Assembly (NCBI GenBank): GCA_963667015.2
Contig: CAXXJJ010000001.1
Span: 832,001-896,000 of the forward strand
Direction of reading: 5' to 3'
From: Desulfatiglandales bacterium
GTDB lineage: Bacteria > Desulfobacterota > DSM-4660 > Desulfatiglandales > HGW-15
DNA: 64,000 bases
Part shown: positions 29,066-38,516 of the stretch, one piece after another
Numbering within the stretch: position 1 is the first letter of the stretch
Layout of the letters: every line of letters starts with the position of its first letter
The notes under the pieces: generated by a model
The model's database searches: none
Seen by the model: the letters and a program-made list of their open reading frames with translations, nothing else
What the model was told of the DNA's origin: nothing
Made by a program: the position numbers and the translations under genes

Positions 29066-29147
29066 ACCGAAAATGGCTCAAGGCTTTAATCGGTATTTAA
29101 AGGCTGAGTTCAGAGGGCAGGGAAGACAGGCTGTTAGACTGTAGGCT

Positions 29148-29210
29148 TCCGCCGTCGCTAAAGCTTCCGCCGTCGCATTAAGCTATGGCGTGATAAAATG
29201 GCGGGACAGG
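29148..29210 (+). repeat. Two-level nested hairpin elements
   Basis: TCCGCCGTCGCTAAAGCT[TCCGCCGTCGCATTAAGCTATGGCGTGATAAA]ATGGCGGGACAGG. Confidence 0.7.
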
Positions 29211-29458
29211 GAAGGCTGTTAGGGAAAGCAATAAAAACCCGAGATCGGAGAAAAACAGGCTGAAGCAGTTTAGGCTGTTGACTGATAGTAAAAGCTGGAT
29301 TCTCCGGTCAAGCCGCAGAATGACACAAAAAAGATAGCACTTAGAGGTCAGGGAAAGCGGGGAGAAATCTTTATTTTTATACTAAATTTGCCGATATTCA
29401 GAGATAAGAATAGCAAACACCTGCAATCGCATAACATTTAAAGCTTTCAGGAGAAACT

Positions 29459-29572
29459 GTGCCTTTAGAGGACCTGGTTAATGAAGTATTAAGAAAAATC
29501 GGCAGAAACGTGGTGCTGTTTCAACAGCTTGAGTATTATCTGAAATACATCGAAGCGTATAACTTTACATGA
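29459..29572 (+). pseudogene. Truncated paralog of the HEPN-LOTUS gene, with duplicated upstream region
   Basis: 29370-29557 aligns with 25402-25589; MPLEDLVNEVLRKIGRNVVLFQQLEYYLKYI then breaks off. Confidence 0.8.
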
Positions 29573-30074
29573 ATTGTTGCTTAACAGATGAGATTGCTTC
29601 TTCGAGTAAGGAAGATTTTATAAACAAAGTGGATTTTTCAGGTAACTGATACAAAATATCAACAACTTCCTGAGGGGTAAGTAAATCTCTTCTGATGGCA
29701 CGAATTAAAAGACCTATTGTTCCATGCACTTTAATTCCAGTCTCTTTTGCAACCAGTCTTGCTGCTGCATCATCTGTCAGAAATAAATAATCAGGTTTTT
29801 CAGATATCACTGCCAGTGCTTCCATTTCACCCAGGTCAAGTGAGAACGTCTTGCACAGGATTCTTAGGGATTCATCCATTATTGGAATTTCACTGACAAT
29901 CTTTAAATCTATTTCAGGCTCAAGCGGAGCATGTTTAAGTATTTCATTATAAACCCCGTTTGGAACTAAAACTGTTTGAAAATCGTTTAAGATATATAGC
30001 TAATTTAATTCTGAGAGATGAATTACCGGGCCTGCATCACATACAACACAGGTGGTTGATTTACTCTTCTCCAT
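29565..30074 (-). pseudogene. PIN-domain (DUF3368-like) toxin with in-frame TAG
   Basis: VVCDAGPVIHL, LDLGEMEAL, LTDDAAAR and VHGTIGLL motifs; TAG at 30000-30002. Confidence 0.8.
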
Positions 30075-30255
30075 GGATTCCCCATTCAATATCTTCGCGG
30101 ATGAATTTGCTCATCAGCTCGGATTGATGGGATTCGAGAAAGCGGCGGATGGCTTCGGAAAAAACTTCGTTTTCATCTTTGAACCATCCCTCTTTTACCA
30201 GCCGGGAAGCTCCTTTAAACAACTCTTCAGGGAGTTCGGTCTGAATAGTTTTCAT
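30061..30255 (-). CDS. CopG/ribbon-helix-helix antitoxin
   Basis: 64 aa, MKTIQTELPEEL...LVKEGWF...EAIRRFL; overlaps the PIN gene start. Confidence 0.7.
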   Translation of the reverse strand: MKTIQTELPEELFKGASRLVKEGWFKDENEVFSEAIRRFLESHQSELMSKFIREDIEWGIHGEE

Positions 30256-30570
30256 TGTTTTTCCTTAAATGATATATTTATTAACTTTAAAGCAATTGCT
30301 GTAACTACCTGAAAAATGTTCATATATTAGATAATAATTACTGAACAGTCAAGAAAGCCGTTTTCAATGATCAGGCATTAATAGGGGCAAGGTTCAAGAA
30401 GTGATAAAATCAGACTGAAGCTTTTTAGGCTATAGGCTGTTAGGAAAAGAAGGGGAAAACCGGAAGTCAGATGTCAGAGGTCGATAGCTCCAGTTTGTAT
30501 TCTGGCTTCTGACTTCTCTTTCCTTATTTTTAATGTTATATAAGCTGAATAAATATCCCGGAACAGAAAA

Positions 30571-31986
30571 ATGTCGCCATATCGCATCAAGAAAAATATA
30601 CCGGAAGTAAAACCCTTCAGGCTGGCCAAGTATTTTGCCGTAACCAGCTTTATTGTTATTATTGCAATCAGTATTCCATTTGCAGTGTTTATCTCGCAGA
30701 AGGCAAAGGAAGACCTGATCGATAATTCTCAGAAATATGTCCGGGAGATCGCAGAAAATATTAATCACCAGTTGTTTATAAATTTTTATTTCCCCGTGTT
30801 ATACGACTATGGGGAGATAAAGCTCAGTCTTAAACCCCAAATGGAACTCCTTGACAAGGTAGTAAAAAACGCTATTGAAAGCCTTAATCTCGATCTTTTC
30901 AACCTGTATTCCCCTGAAGAAGGATTTATCGTTTACAGTACAGATCCTTCGTTGATCAAAAAGAAAACAGAAAAAACAGAGGGATACCTTAAGGCTCTGA
31001 AAGGGGAGATATCATTTGAACTGATTTCAGATGAAAAAGATTTCTGGGGAGACATAGAAGGAATAGGGGGGCAAAAAAAGGCAAGTGCGTATATTCCTCT
31101 TAAAGGGCCTGAAACAGTTACCGGGATAGTTGAGATAGTGCTTGATATGACCACGCAGTATAACTCGATAATAAAGAGGCAGTATACAACTTTTGGAGTA
31201 TTTGCCATTATTATGTTCACCATCTTTTTTGCCATGCTTTTGATCGTAAGAAAGGCCGAAGGGATAATCGAGAACAGGTCAATTGAACAGCGAAAACTGG
31301 TTGAACAGCTTAACCTCGCAGAACGGCTTGCCGCCCTTGGAGAAATGGTAGCCGGTGTTTCCCATGAGATTAAAAATCCTTTGGGAATAATCCAGAGCAC
31401 TTCCGAGCTCCTTAACAGCATGCCCAATGCCGATGAGACCCAGAAGCGGCTGTCAGGGGTTATAGCTGAGGAATCCATAAGGCTGAACAGGATTGTGACG
31501 GAATTTCTGGATTTTGCCAAACCCCATGAATTGAATGTACATGAATTTGATTTAAAGGAAGTCATAGATAAAAACATAGATTTTCTCAGGCCTGAAATTG
31601 AAAAAAAGGATATTATTGTTGAATCAAATCTTGACGGCAGAAGTTATATGATAGAGGCAGACCAGGATCTGCTACACAGGGTCTTAATGAACCTGATTAT
31701 AAACGCCATTCAGGCTATCCCGGAATCAGGAAAGATCATTGTGCATGTCGGAGAAGAAAAAGGGGCATATAAAATAGAAATCAGGGATACGGGAAGCGGT
31801 ATAAGCAATGAAAATATTTCCAAAATTTTTAATCCCTTTTTCACTACCAAGGAAAAGGGCAGCGGTCTGGGCCTGCCTATTGTCAGGAAAATAATAGAAG
31901 GGCACGGCGGGACAATTGATATTGAAAGCCGCCATGGTGTTGGAACCGGAGTTACTATACGCCTGAACAGGAAATTACGAAAATAA
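30571..31986 (+). CDS. Membrane sensor histidine kinase
   Basis: Two TM helices; H box SHEIKNPL; N, D, F and G boxes. Confidence 0.95.
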   Translation: MSPYRIKKNIPEVKPFRLAKYFAVTSFIVIIAISIPFAVFISQKAKEDLIDNSQKYVREIAENINHQLFINFYFPVLYDYGEIKLSLKPQMELLDKVVKNAIESLNLDLFNLYSPEEGFIVYSTDPSLIKKKTEKTEGYLKALKGEISFELISDEKDFWGDIEGIGGQKKASAYIPLKGPETVTGIVEIVLDMTTQYNSIIKRQYTTFGVFAIIMFTIFFAMLLIVRKAEGIIENRSIEQRKLVEQLNLAERLAALGEMVAGVSHEIKNPLGIIQSTSELLNSMPNADETQKRLSGVIAEESIRLNRIVTEFLDFAKPHELNVHEFDLKEVIDKNIDFLRPEIEKKDIIVESNLDGRSYMIEADQDLLHRVLMNLIINAIQAIPESGKIIVHVGEEKGAYKIEIRDTGSGISNENISKIFNPFFTTKEKGSGLGLPIVRKIIEGHGGTIDIESRHGVGTGVTIRLNRKLRK

Positions 31987-32004
31987 ATATAGAATGAGGC
32001 AGGT

Positions 32005-33369
32005 ATGGATACAGTCCTTGTTGTCGATGATGAAAAAAATTACCTCATAGTTCTTGAAGCCCTCCTCGCACCCGAAGGCTATGAGGTAATAACGGCAGAT
32101 AATCCGGAGACGGCTCTGAGGTATATCAGGGAATCGGATCTTGATCTGGTGATTACCGATATGAAGATGCCCGGGATCAGCGGTATGACCATTCTTGAAG
32201 AGACCCGGAAGATAAACCCGGATTTACCGATAATAATCATGACTGCCTTTGGGTCGATCGAAATGGCTGTTGAGGCCATGAAAAAACATGCCTATGATTA
32301 TATAGAAAAACCCTTTAAGAATGAGGCATTAAAGCTAACTGTAAAAAAGGCCCTTCAGAATTACCAGCTTGTAAAGGAGAACCGGCTTTTAAGCGAGGCC
32401 CTTTCCGACCGGTACAGGTTTGGGAATATTATAGGCAAGAGCAGGCCGATGCAGGAAATATACGGGCTGATCAGCAAGGTGGCCCAGTCTAAAACATCGG
32501 TATTGATTACAGGTGATTCAGGCACCGGTAAGGAGCTGATTGCAAATGCCATCCATTACAACAGCCCGAGAAAAGACAGGCCTTTCGTATCCATTAACTG
32601 CGGCGCCTTAACTGAAACACTGCTTGAAAGTGAACTGTTTGGTCATGAAAAAGGCGCGTTTACAGGAGCCGTTGCAATGAAAAAGGGCCGGTTTGAAATG
32701 GCAGACGGAGGGACCTTATTCCTCGATGAGGTGACTGAGATGTCTCCGGCCCTTCAGGTAAAACTGCTGAGGGTTCTCCAGGAGATGGAATTTGAAAGAG
32801 TCGGCGGTACAAGAACAATTGATGTGGATGTAAGGATACTGTCAGCATCTAACAGGGATATAAAGGCTGATATATCAGACGGGCGATTCAGAGAGGATCT
32901 TTTTTACAGGCTTAATGTAATTCATATAGAGGTTCCGTCCCTGAGGGAAAGGGGAGAGGATATCCGGCTGCTTGTTGAGCATTTTATAAATAAATACCGT
33001 CGTGTGGATAATGATGAAAAGCCTGAGTTGAGCCCGGAAGCCTGGAAAATACTGTTCAACCATAACTGGCCCGGTAACATCAGGGAGCTTGAAAACGTTA
33101 TTGAAAGGGCTGTTGTCCTGAACAGCGGAGGGCTTATTACCCCCGATGACATGCCTGCATATCTGCTTGAAGGGGAAGATGAAATAAATGTAGAAAAATT
33201 TATACCTGCCGGTGCGCCTCTTCAGAAAACACTTGAGAACATAGAAGAGCAGCTGATAAGGCGTGCATTGAAAAGCTGTAATAATGTGCAGTCCCATGCC
33301 GCTGATATGATAGGTATAACTAAAAGCCTGTTTCAGCATAAGATGAAGAAGTACAATATATCCATTTAA
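32005..33369 (+). CDS. Sigma-54-dependent NtrC-family response regulator
   Basis: Receiver domain, [14 protein letters not shown] and Fis-type HTH. Confidence 0.95.
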   Translation: MDTVLVVDDEKNYLIVLEALLAPEGYEVITADNPETALRYIRESDLDLVITDMKMPGISGMTILEETRKINPDLPIIIMTAFGSIEMAVEAMKKHAYDYIEKPFKNEALKLTVKKALQNYQLVKENRLLSEALSDRYRFGNIIGKSRPMQEIYGLISKVAQSKTSVLITGDSGTGKELIANAIHYNSPRKDRPFVSINCGALTETLLESELFGHEKGAFTGAVAMKKGRFEMADGGTLFLDEVTEMSPALQVKLLRVLQEMEFERVGGTRTIDVDVRILSASNRDIKADISDGRFREDLFYRLNVIHIEVPSLRERGEDIRLLVEHFINKYRRVDNDEKPELSPEAWKILFNHNWPGNIRELENVIERAVVLNSGGLITPDDMPAYLLEGEDEINVEKFIPAGAPLQKTLENIEEQLIRRALKSCNNVQSHAADMIGITKSLFQHKMKKYNISI

Positions 33370-33398
33370 GGGTTTAATATTTTATACTTCCAAAATCA

Positions 33399-33465
33399 TT
33401 GTAATAACAGTGTATTACAATTGTTTTCATGCAATGAGATGAAATTAGGGTACAAAATATTGTAC
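33399..33465. promoter_or_regulatory. Candidate enhancer (UAS) palindromes
   Basis: TTGTAATA..TATTACAA at 33399-33420 and GTACAA-AATA-TTGTAC at 33450-33465. Confidence 0.5.
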
Positions 33466-33561
33466 TCTGTTCAGGTGTAAATGTTCAGACGTCTTAATAA
33501 AATAATTGAAAATATCTGAAAAAACAGATAGATAAGATTATTGGATAAGTACCCGCTTTGC

Positions 33562-33577
33562 TGGCAGGATTATTGCA
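33562..33577 (+). promoter_or_regulatory. Sigma-54 -24/-12 promoter
   Basis: TGGCAG-GATTA-TTGCA matches TGGCAC-N5-TTGCW. Confidence 0.75.
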
Positions 33578-33588
33578 TTAATGATAAT

Positions 33589-33663
33589 CATTGAAAAGCT
33601 TTTTCAAGCTTTTTCCTCCTAGAAGGAAGCCAGCCTATTCCCCGGGTTGGCTTTCCTGTTTTT
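33589..33663 (+). ncRNA. Putative sigma-54-dependent small RNA with anti-Shine-Dalgarno seed
   Basis: Lies between the sigma-54 promoter and an intrinsic terminator; no ORF; 5' hairpin followed by single-stranded TTTTTCCTCCT. Confidence 0.6.
33625..33663 (+). terminator. Rho-independent terminator
   Basis: GGAAGCCAGCCT-ATTCCCC-GGGTTGGCTTTCC followed by TGTTTTT. Confidence 0.65.
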
Positions 33664-33671
33664 AGCGGCTC

Positions 33672-34574
33672 CTAATACCCCAGTTTCTTTAATGCCTTTG
33701 TATCCCTGCTCCAGTTTTTATCAACCTTTGCCTGTAATTCCAGAAAAACATGTATTCCGTATAACTTTTCAAGTTCTATCCGGGCAGCCTCGCCGATTTT
33801 TTTTATCATGGCACCACGCTTCCCGATTATGATTCCCTTCTGTGAATCGGTCTCAACATGAATTTTTGCATAGATCGATAATATCTTTTTTTTAGGATTT
33901 TCTTTCATCGAGGTAACTGATACAGCAGAAGAGTATGGTATCTCCCTCTTTGTATTAAGGTATATCTTTTCTCTTATAATCTCAGCAGCAAGAAATTCAT
34001 CAGGCTGATCCGTGGTCATGTCTGCCGGAAAATATTCAGGGCCGGCTGTCAGGCATTCTTGCAGTTCAGCTATCAGGCCTTCAATGCCATCGCCTGTCAG
34101 TGCAGAAACGGGGACAATGGCTTTAAAGGGGAATAATTCGGAAAAATGTTTTATAACCGGCAGTATCTTTTCATGCGTTGTCCTGTCGATTTTATTTATC
34201 ACAAGCACGGCCGGTATCTTTCTTTTCTCTTGTGCTTTTAATATTGATTCTGCCTCTTCATCAAAGGGGTAGGTCACATCGATAACAAATACCAGTATAT
34301 CAACCTCGGAAACGGTTTCCATGGCAGAGGCAACCATGCTTTTATGGAGCACTGTTTTAGTTTTATGAATGCCCGGTGTATCCATAAAGGCTATCTGAAA
34401 ATTATCACCATGATATACACCCAGAATCCGGTTTCGGGTGGTCTGGGGTTTGGGGCTAACGATTGCGAGTTTTTCTCCAAGCATTTTATTCAGCAGGGTG
34501 GACTTCCCCACGTTGGGAGCCCCTATTATTGCGGCAAAACCTGATTTAAATGTATTATCTTCCATGTTTTTCAT
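33672..34574 (-). CDS. era: GTPase Era
   Basis: GAPNVGKST, PQTTR, DTPG and NKID motifs; KH domain. Confidence 0.97.
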   Translation of the reverse strand: MKNMEDNTFKSGFAAIIGAPNVGKSTLLNKMLGEKLAIVSPKPQTTRNRILGVYHGDNFQIAFMDTPGIHKTKTVLHKSMVASAMETVSEVDILVFVIDVTYPFDEEAESILKAQEKRKIPAVLVINKIDRTTHEKILPVIKHFSELFPFKAIVPVSALTGDGIEGLIAELQECLTAGPEYFPADMTTDQPDEFLAAEIIREKIYLNTKREIPYSSAVSVTSMKENPKKKILSIYAKIHVETDSQKGIIIGKRGAMIKKIGEAARIELEKLYGIHVFLELQAKVDKNWSRDTKALKKLGY

Positions 34575-35611
34575 TCTATCACATCCACTTCTATATGTCC
34601 GAATGGAATATTATTATCCGGCCTTATATATTTGATTTTAAAATTGCAGGCTATCTCTATTTTTTGCATTCCTTTATTTTCATATCCCCTTAAAAGGGGA
34701 ATTTCCCTTTCAGGCATCCTTATACCGATCTCGGCTGCAGTTCCCGCCGCAGGCAGGAGGGGCATAATCTTTTTCAGGTATATATCCGATCTTACCAGAA
34801 AGCCAAAGGCATTGTGCCACGGGCCTGCTGTAATTTCTCCCTCTTCAAGGAGCGAAGGGGACGACATAAGACCTATCCTTATTACATTAATACCGGCCTT
34901 TTCAAGGTGGGTGCAGCTATAGGAACATATTTTAACGGCTTCATCAATAGAAAGCGGTTTGAACTTTCCTGCCTTATATAATTTCGCAAGGCCTGTGCCC
35001 TTGATGACTATGGCAGGGTAGAGCCTGGCAATATCAGGGGCAAGTTCTAGAACCTTATCTATGGTGGCCTTAAATATTTCCTCAGAGTCCCCGGGAAGGC
35101 CGGGCATCAGTTGAACCCCGGTTTTAAATCCAAGCTTTTTTAAGAGATGGATAGCAGTCACTGTGTGTTCGGCATTGTGTCCCCTGCCGGATTTTCTTAA
35201 GACATCGTTATTCATTGACTGGACCCCCAGCTCTACTGTCGTAACACCAAAGGATTTTATCAGCTCAAGGCGCCTTTCATCGATTTCATCGGGTCTTGTT
35301 GATATCCTTATAGAATCGATTGATTTTTCTTTTATACAGCCGGACACCGCACCAAGGAGTTCAGTCATATGTTCCGACCCAAGACTCGTAAATGTGCCGC
35401 CGTAAAAGGCAACTTCTCTGGTATCGGCGGCCTTGAATTTTTGTGATTTTTTTGCCTGCTCGATTACCCGGACAACATCCTCTGCATGGACTGTATCTTC
35501 AGGTTGTCCGGTTATCTTGTCCTGCCTGCAGTATATACATTTGTGGGGACATCCCAGGTAGGGTATAAATACAGGGATGATCAGATGTTTTCTTTTTGGT
35601 TCTGTAGACAA
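34571..35611 (-). CDS. Elp3/YhcC-like radical SAM protein
   Basis: CPHKCIYC, FYGGTFT and ISTRPD motifs; located between rnc and era. Confidence 0.88.
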   Translation of the reverse strand: MSTEPKRKHLIIPVFIPYLGCPHKCIYCRQDKITGQPEDTVHAEDVVRVIEQAKKSQKFKAADTREVAFYGGTFTSLGSEHMTELLGAVSGCIKEKSIDSIRISTRPDEIDERRLELIKSFGVTTVELGVQSMNNDVLRKSGRGHNAEHTVTAIHLLKKLGFKTGVQLMPGLPGDSEEIFKATIDKVLELAPDIARLYPAIVIKGTGLAKLYKAGKFKPLSIDEAVKICSYSCTHLEKAGINVIRIGLMSSPSLLEEGEITAGPWHNAFGFLVRSDIYLKKIMPLLPAAGTAAEIGIRMPEREIPLLRGYENKGMQKIEIACNFKIKYIRPDNNIPFGHIEVDVIE

Positions 35612-36285
35612 GAAAATGCTTCCCTGGCAGCCTTCTGTTCTGCCTCTTTTTTGCTTCTTCCGATTCCTTCGGCCAACAGCTCTTCACCAATTTTTACTGC
35701 TACTTTAAAGGTTTTTTTATGAGGAAGACCGCTTTCATCAACAAGCAGATACTCCGGCAGAATTTTAAGGTAGTTTTGAGTGTATTCCTGAAGTGTGCTC
35801 TTATGATCGTTACTGCTTTTTTTGGATTTAATGTTATTGATGAGCGGCATAAACAGAACAGCTATGATCTCTCTGGCCTTTTCAAACCCTCCATCCAGAT
35901 ATAATGCCCCGATCACAGCCTCCATTGTGTTGGCCAGTATCGATGGCTTTTCCCGGCCGTTTGTCAGCTCCTCTCCCTTTCCAAGCAGGATATGGTTCCC
36001 CAGATTGAGCTCTTTCGCAACCCTGCAAAGACCGTTTTCATTAACAACCGTTGCCCTGCATTTGGACAGATCCCCCTCTTTAAGGTCTGAAAATCTTTCC
36101 ATTAGAATATGGCTTACAGCCAGGTCAAGAACCGCATCACCCAGAAACTCGAGCCTCTCATTATCATTCAGGTTAAGGTCTCTGTTTTCATTTACATATG
36201 AGGAATGTCTTAATGCCTCTTCAAGAGAATCAGTGCTGGTGAAATTATAATTAAGTTTTTTACAGAGTTCTTCAATAGTTTTCAT
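35581..36285 (-). CDS. rnc: Ribonuclease III
   Basis: NERLEFLGDAVL signature and dsRBD. Confidence 0.97.
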   Translation of the reverse strand: MKTIEELCKKLNYNFTSTDSLEEALRHSSYVNENRDLNLNDNERLEFLGDAVLDLAVSHILMERFSDLKEGDLSKCRATVVNENGLCRVAKELNLGNHILLGKGEELTNGREKPSILANTMEAVIGALYLDGGFEKAREIIAVLFMPLINNIKSKKSSNDHKSTLQEYTQNYLKILPEYLLVDESGLPHKKTFKVAVKIGEELLAEGIGRSKKEAEQKAAREAFSCLQNQKENI

Positions 36286-36429
36286 AATATCGGATATTAA
36301 CTGATAGCCTGATGGATATCAAGGCTTGAAATCTCAAAATGTTTTGCTTTTTGGTATATACCGTGTTAAATTTTTTTATTATATTCTATCTGGTCGATGA
36401 GTAATTAATCTCACTTAAATTTTTTACTG

Positions 36430-37008
36430 ATGGATATTATTATGGACGCAAATGAAACCGTGAAAAAGGTTATTCTTCAGAAAAATGAAATTGAATACGC
36501 CCTCAAGCGAATCGCTGCCGAGATTATTGAAAATAATGTAGACAATACAAAAAATGTTGTTCTCATAGGCATCAGGACCGGAGGCGCCTATCTGGCCAAA
36601 AGAATTCAGGCATTGCTTGAAGATTTAACCGGGCAGAAATTTTTAACCGGTATACTCGATATCTCACTTTACAGGGATGACTGGACCAGGATAGGCCCGG
36701 CCCCAAGGATCGGAAAGACAGAAATAAGCTTTTCAATTGATGATAAAAAAATAATCCTGGTTGATGATGTACTGTTTACCGGCAGAACAATCAGGGCCGC
36801 CATGGATGCGCTTATGGACCTGGGGCGTCCAAAAAAGATAGAGCTTGTGGCCCTTGTTGACAGGGGAAACAAATACAGGGAACTCCCGATTCAGGCCAAT
36901 TATCTTGGGGGGGTATGGAAAATAGCTGCTGATGAAACCATAAATGTCTACCTTGAAGAAGGCGGATATGAAGATCATGTTGCTATTGAAACGAATGAGA
37001 GTTTTTAG
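36430..37008 (+). CDS. pyrR: PyrR bifunctional regulator/uracil phosphoribosyltransferase
   Basis: LDISLYRDD, LVDDVLFTGRTIRAA and DRG..RELPI motifs. Confidence 0.93.
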   Translation: MDIIMDANETVKKVILQKNEIEYALKRIAAEIIENNVDNTKNVVLIGIRTGGAYLAKRIQALLEDLTGQKFLTGILDISLYRDDWTRIGPAPRIGKTEISFSIDDKKIILVDDVLFTGRTIRAAMDALMDLGRPKKIELVALVDRGNKYRELPIQANYLGGVWKIAADETINVYLEEGGYEDHVAIETNESF

Positions 37009-37010
37009 TA

Positions 37011-37406
37011 GTGACACTAAAGATCAGCATAAAAAGCAGCTCAAGATCTGAGATGATAGATATAACTTCATTGATAAAGAATGAAGTTACAAAAGCTGGA
37101 GCTAATCAAGGCCTGTGTGTGGTTTATGTTCCCCATACGACTGCAGGTGTAACTATCAATGAAGGTGCTGATCCTTCCGTGTGTGATGATATTCTTAATA
37201 AACTGGACAGATTAATCCCGAGGGATGAAGGCTACAGGCATATGGAAGGAAATTCAGACAGCCATATCAAGGCATCTTTAATGGGCAGTTCTGTATCGGT
37301 AATTATTGAAAATAACAGCCTTCTTCTTGGAACCTGGCAGAAAATCTTCTTTTGCGAATTTGACGGGCCCAGGTCCAGAAGTGTAAATTTAAAAATAATA
37401 CAGTGA
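37011..37406 (+). CDS. yjbQ: YjbQ (UPF0047) family protein
   Basis: PHTTAG.TINE.ADP, NSDSHIK, LGTWQ and EFDGPR motifs. Confidence 0.92.
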   Translation: MTLKISIKSSSRSEMIDITSLIKNEVTKAGANQGLCVVYVPHTTAGVTINEGADPSVCDDILNKLDRLIPRDEGYRHMEGNSDSHIKASLMGSSVSVIIENNSLLLGTWQKIFFCEFDGPRSRSVNLKIIQ

Positions 37407-37407
37407 A

Positions 37408-37746
37408 TTACAGGTAGTTGCTGAGCATATCCCTGATAATCCTTTTATCCTCTTCGGATAGATCCACAAGACAGATCCCCAGCCCGTAAACATCAGACTC
37501 GCCAGACCCGTCAATACCATACAGGTCTGATCTGATCACCTCACCATTTAAGCCAATGGCCTGATGGTCAGGAGGATTGATCGATATTCTGAAGTTCTTT
37601 TTTAATGGCAGAGGGTTTTCAGTGTGAATAAATAATCCCTCTGCAGAAATATTCATGGTTTCCCCTTCAATCTCTCCATCTTCAAAATAAATGGTCAACG
37701 GCCAGTTTACTTCCACCCTTGGAAATTTCCGTTTTTCATTCTCCAA
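37408..37746 (-). CDS. PilZ domain protein
   Basis: EKRKFPR (RxxxR) and NISAEG motifs. Confidence 0.85.
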   Translation of the reverse strand: MENEKRKFPRVEVNWPLTIYFEDGEIEGETMNISAEGLFIHTENPLPLKKNFRISINPPDHQAIGLNGEVIRSDLYGIDGSGESDVYGLGICLVDLSEEDKRIIRDMLSNYL

Positions 37747-37869
37747 TTTTTTATCTCCTGATTAATTGGGTAGACATTTATTTGCATCCGGATATTCAAT
37801 ATATACTGCATGATAAATATTTTTTCTACTATATTTATGGTTTATGGCCATAAAAGGCAATATTTCTTA

Positions 37870-37915
37870 TTGACAAAAACTCCTGTTCAAAATAGGATCG
37901 CGTTCAAAACTGAAC
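37870..37915 (+). promoter_or_regulatory. Sigma-70 promoter and probable autoregulatory operator
   Basis: TTGACA, 17 bp, TAGGAT; palindrome GTTCA-AAAC-TGAAC at 37902-37915. Confidence 0.6.
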
Positions 37916-37952
37916 ATGCCATTAATTTTCTGACAGAGAGTTTAAAGCAGGC

Positions 37953-38513
37953 ATGAAGCATACCGAAAAGACATTTCAAATTCTTGATGCCCTGGACAGG
38001 GAAGAGATATCCACCCAGCGACAACTGGCGGATAACTCAGGGATAAGTCTGGGCCAGGTAAATTATATATTAAAGAGTTTATTGGATAAAGGACTTGTTA
38101 AGGTCAGTAATTTTAAACATAATCCAAATAAAATTAGTTATGCTTATTTGATTACCCCAAAAGGGATCGAAGAAAAATCAAAACTTGCAGTAAGATTTGT
38201 TTTAAGAAAACTCAGAGAATATGAGTTTTTAAGGGCCAGGCTAACAGAAAGACTCAGTCAGATAGAAACCGAAGATTATGAAAGAATTATTTTTATCGGC
38301 CCTTTACTTGTTAAAGAATTTATCGAAAAGATCATAAAAGAAAACAAAATAAATTTGATTCTTGTTGATCACCTTGAAGATATATCATTAGCCATGGGCT
38401 TAAATAAAAACACATTTGATATTGCTGTGCTGTTTGATGAAGGCCATAACTCTGAAGAAAAAATAAAGCAGGCTTTGGAGCTGCCGGAAGAGCGGCTGAT
38501 AAATCTTTTGTAA
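37953..38513 (+). CDS. MarR-family EPS-associated transcriptional regulator
   Basis: TQRQLA..SGISLGQVNY and YAYLITPKGIEEK motifs. Confidence 0.88.
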   Translation: MKHTEKTFQILDALDREEISTQRQLADNSGISLGQVNYILKSLLDKGLVKVSNFKHNPNKISYAYLITPKGIEEKSKLAVRFVLRKLREYEFLRARLTERLSQIETEDYERIIFIGPLLVKEFIEKIIKENKINLILVDHLEDISLAMGLNKNTFDIAVLFDEGHNSEEKIKQALELPEERLINLL

Positions 38514-38516
38514 TTC

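Noticed and set aside
28293..30002. Amber recoding (pyrrolysine or alternative code) suggested by two in-frame TAGs in toxin genes
   Set aside because: The zeta gene also has a frameshift, other toxins are broken by different lesions, and TAG is a normal stop for intact genes such as era and istB.
23135..30480. CRISPR array
   Set aside because: Repeats are degenerate and separated by whole genes rather than uniform 30-40-bp spacers; no cas genes.
23135..30480. Classical integron/attC array
   Set aside because: GTTAGG/GTTAGAC cores occur, but no matching upstream RYYYAAC box with attC geometry was seen, genes lie in both orientations and no integrase is present. IntegronFinder would settle it.
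36290..36430. PyrR-binding attenuator upstream of pyrR
   Set aside because: No AGUCCAGAGAGG-like binding loop or terminator/antiterminator seen, and no pyr biosynthetic genes follow.
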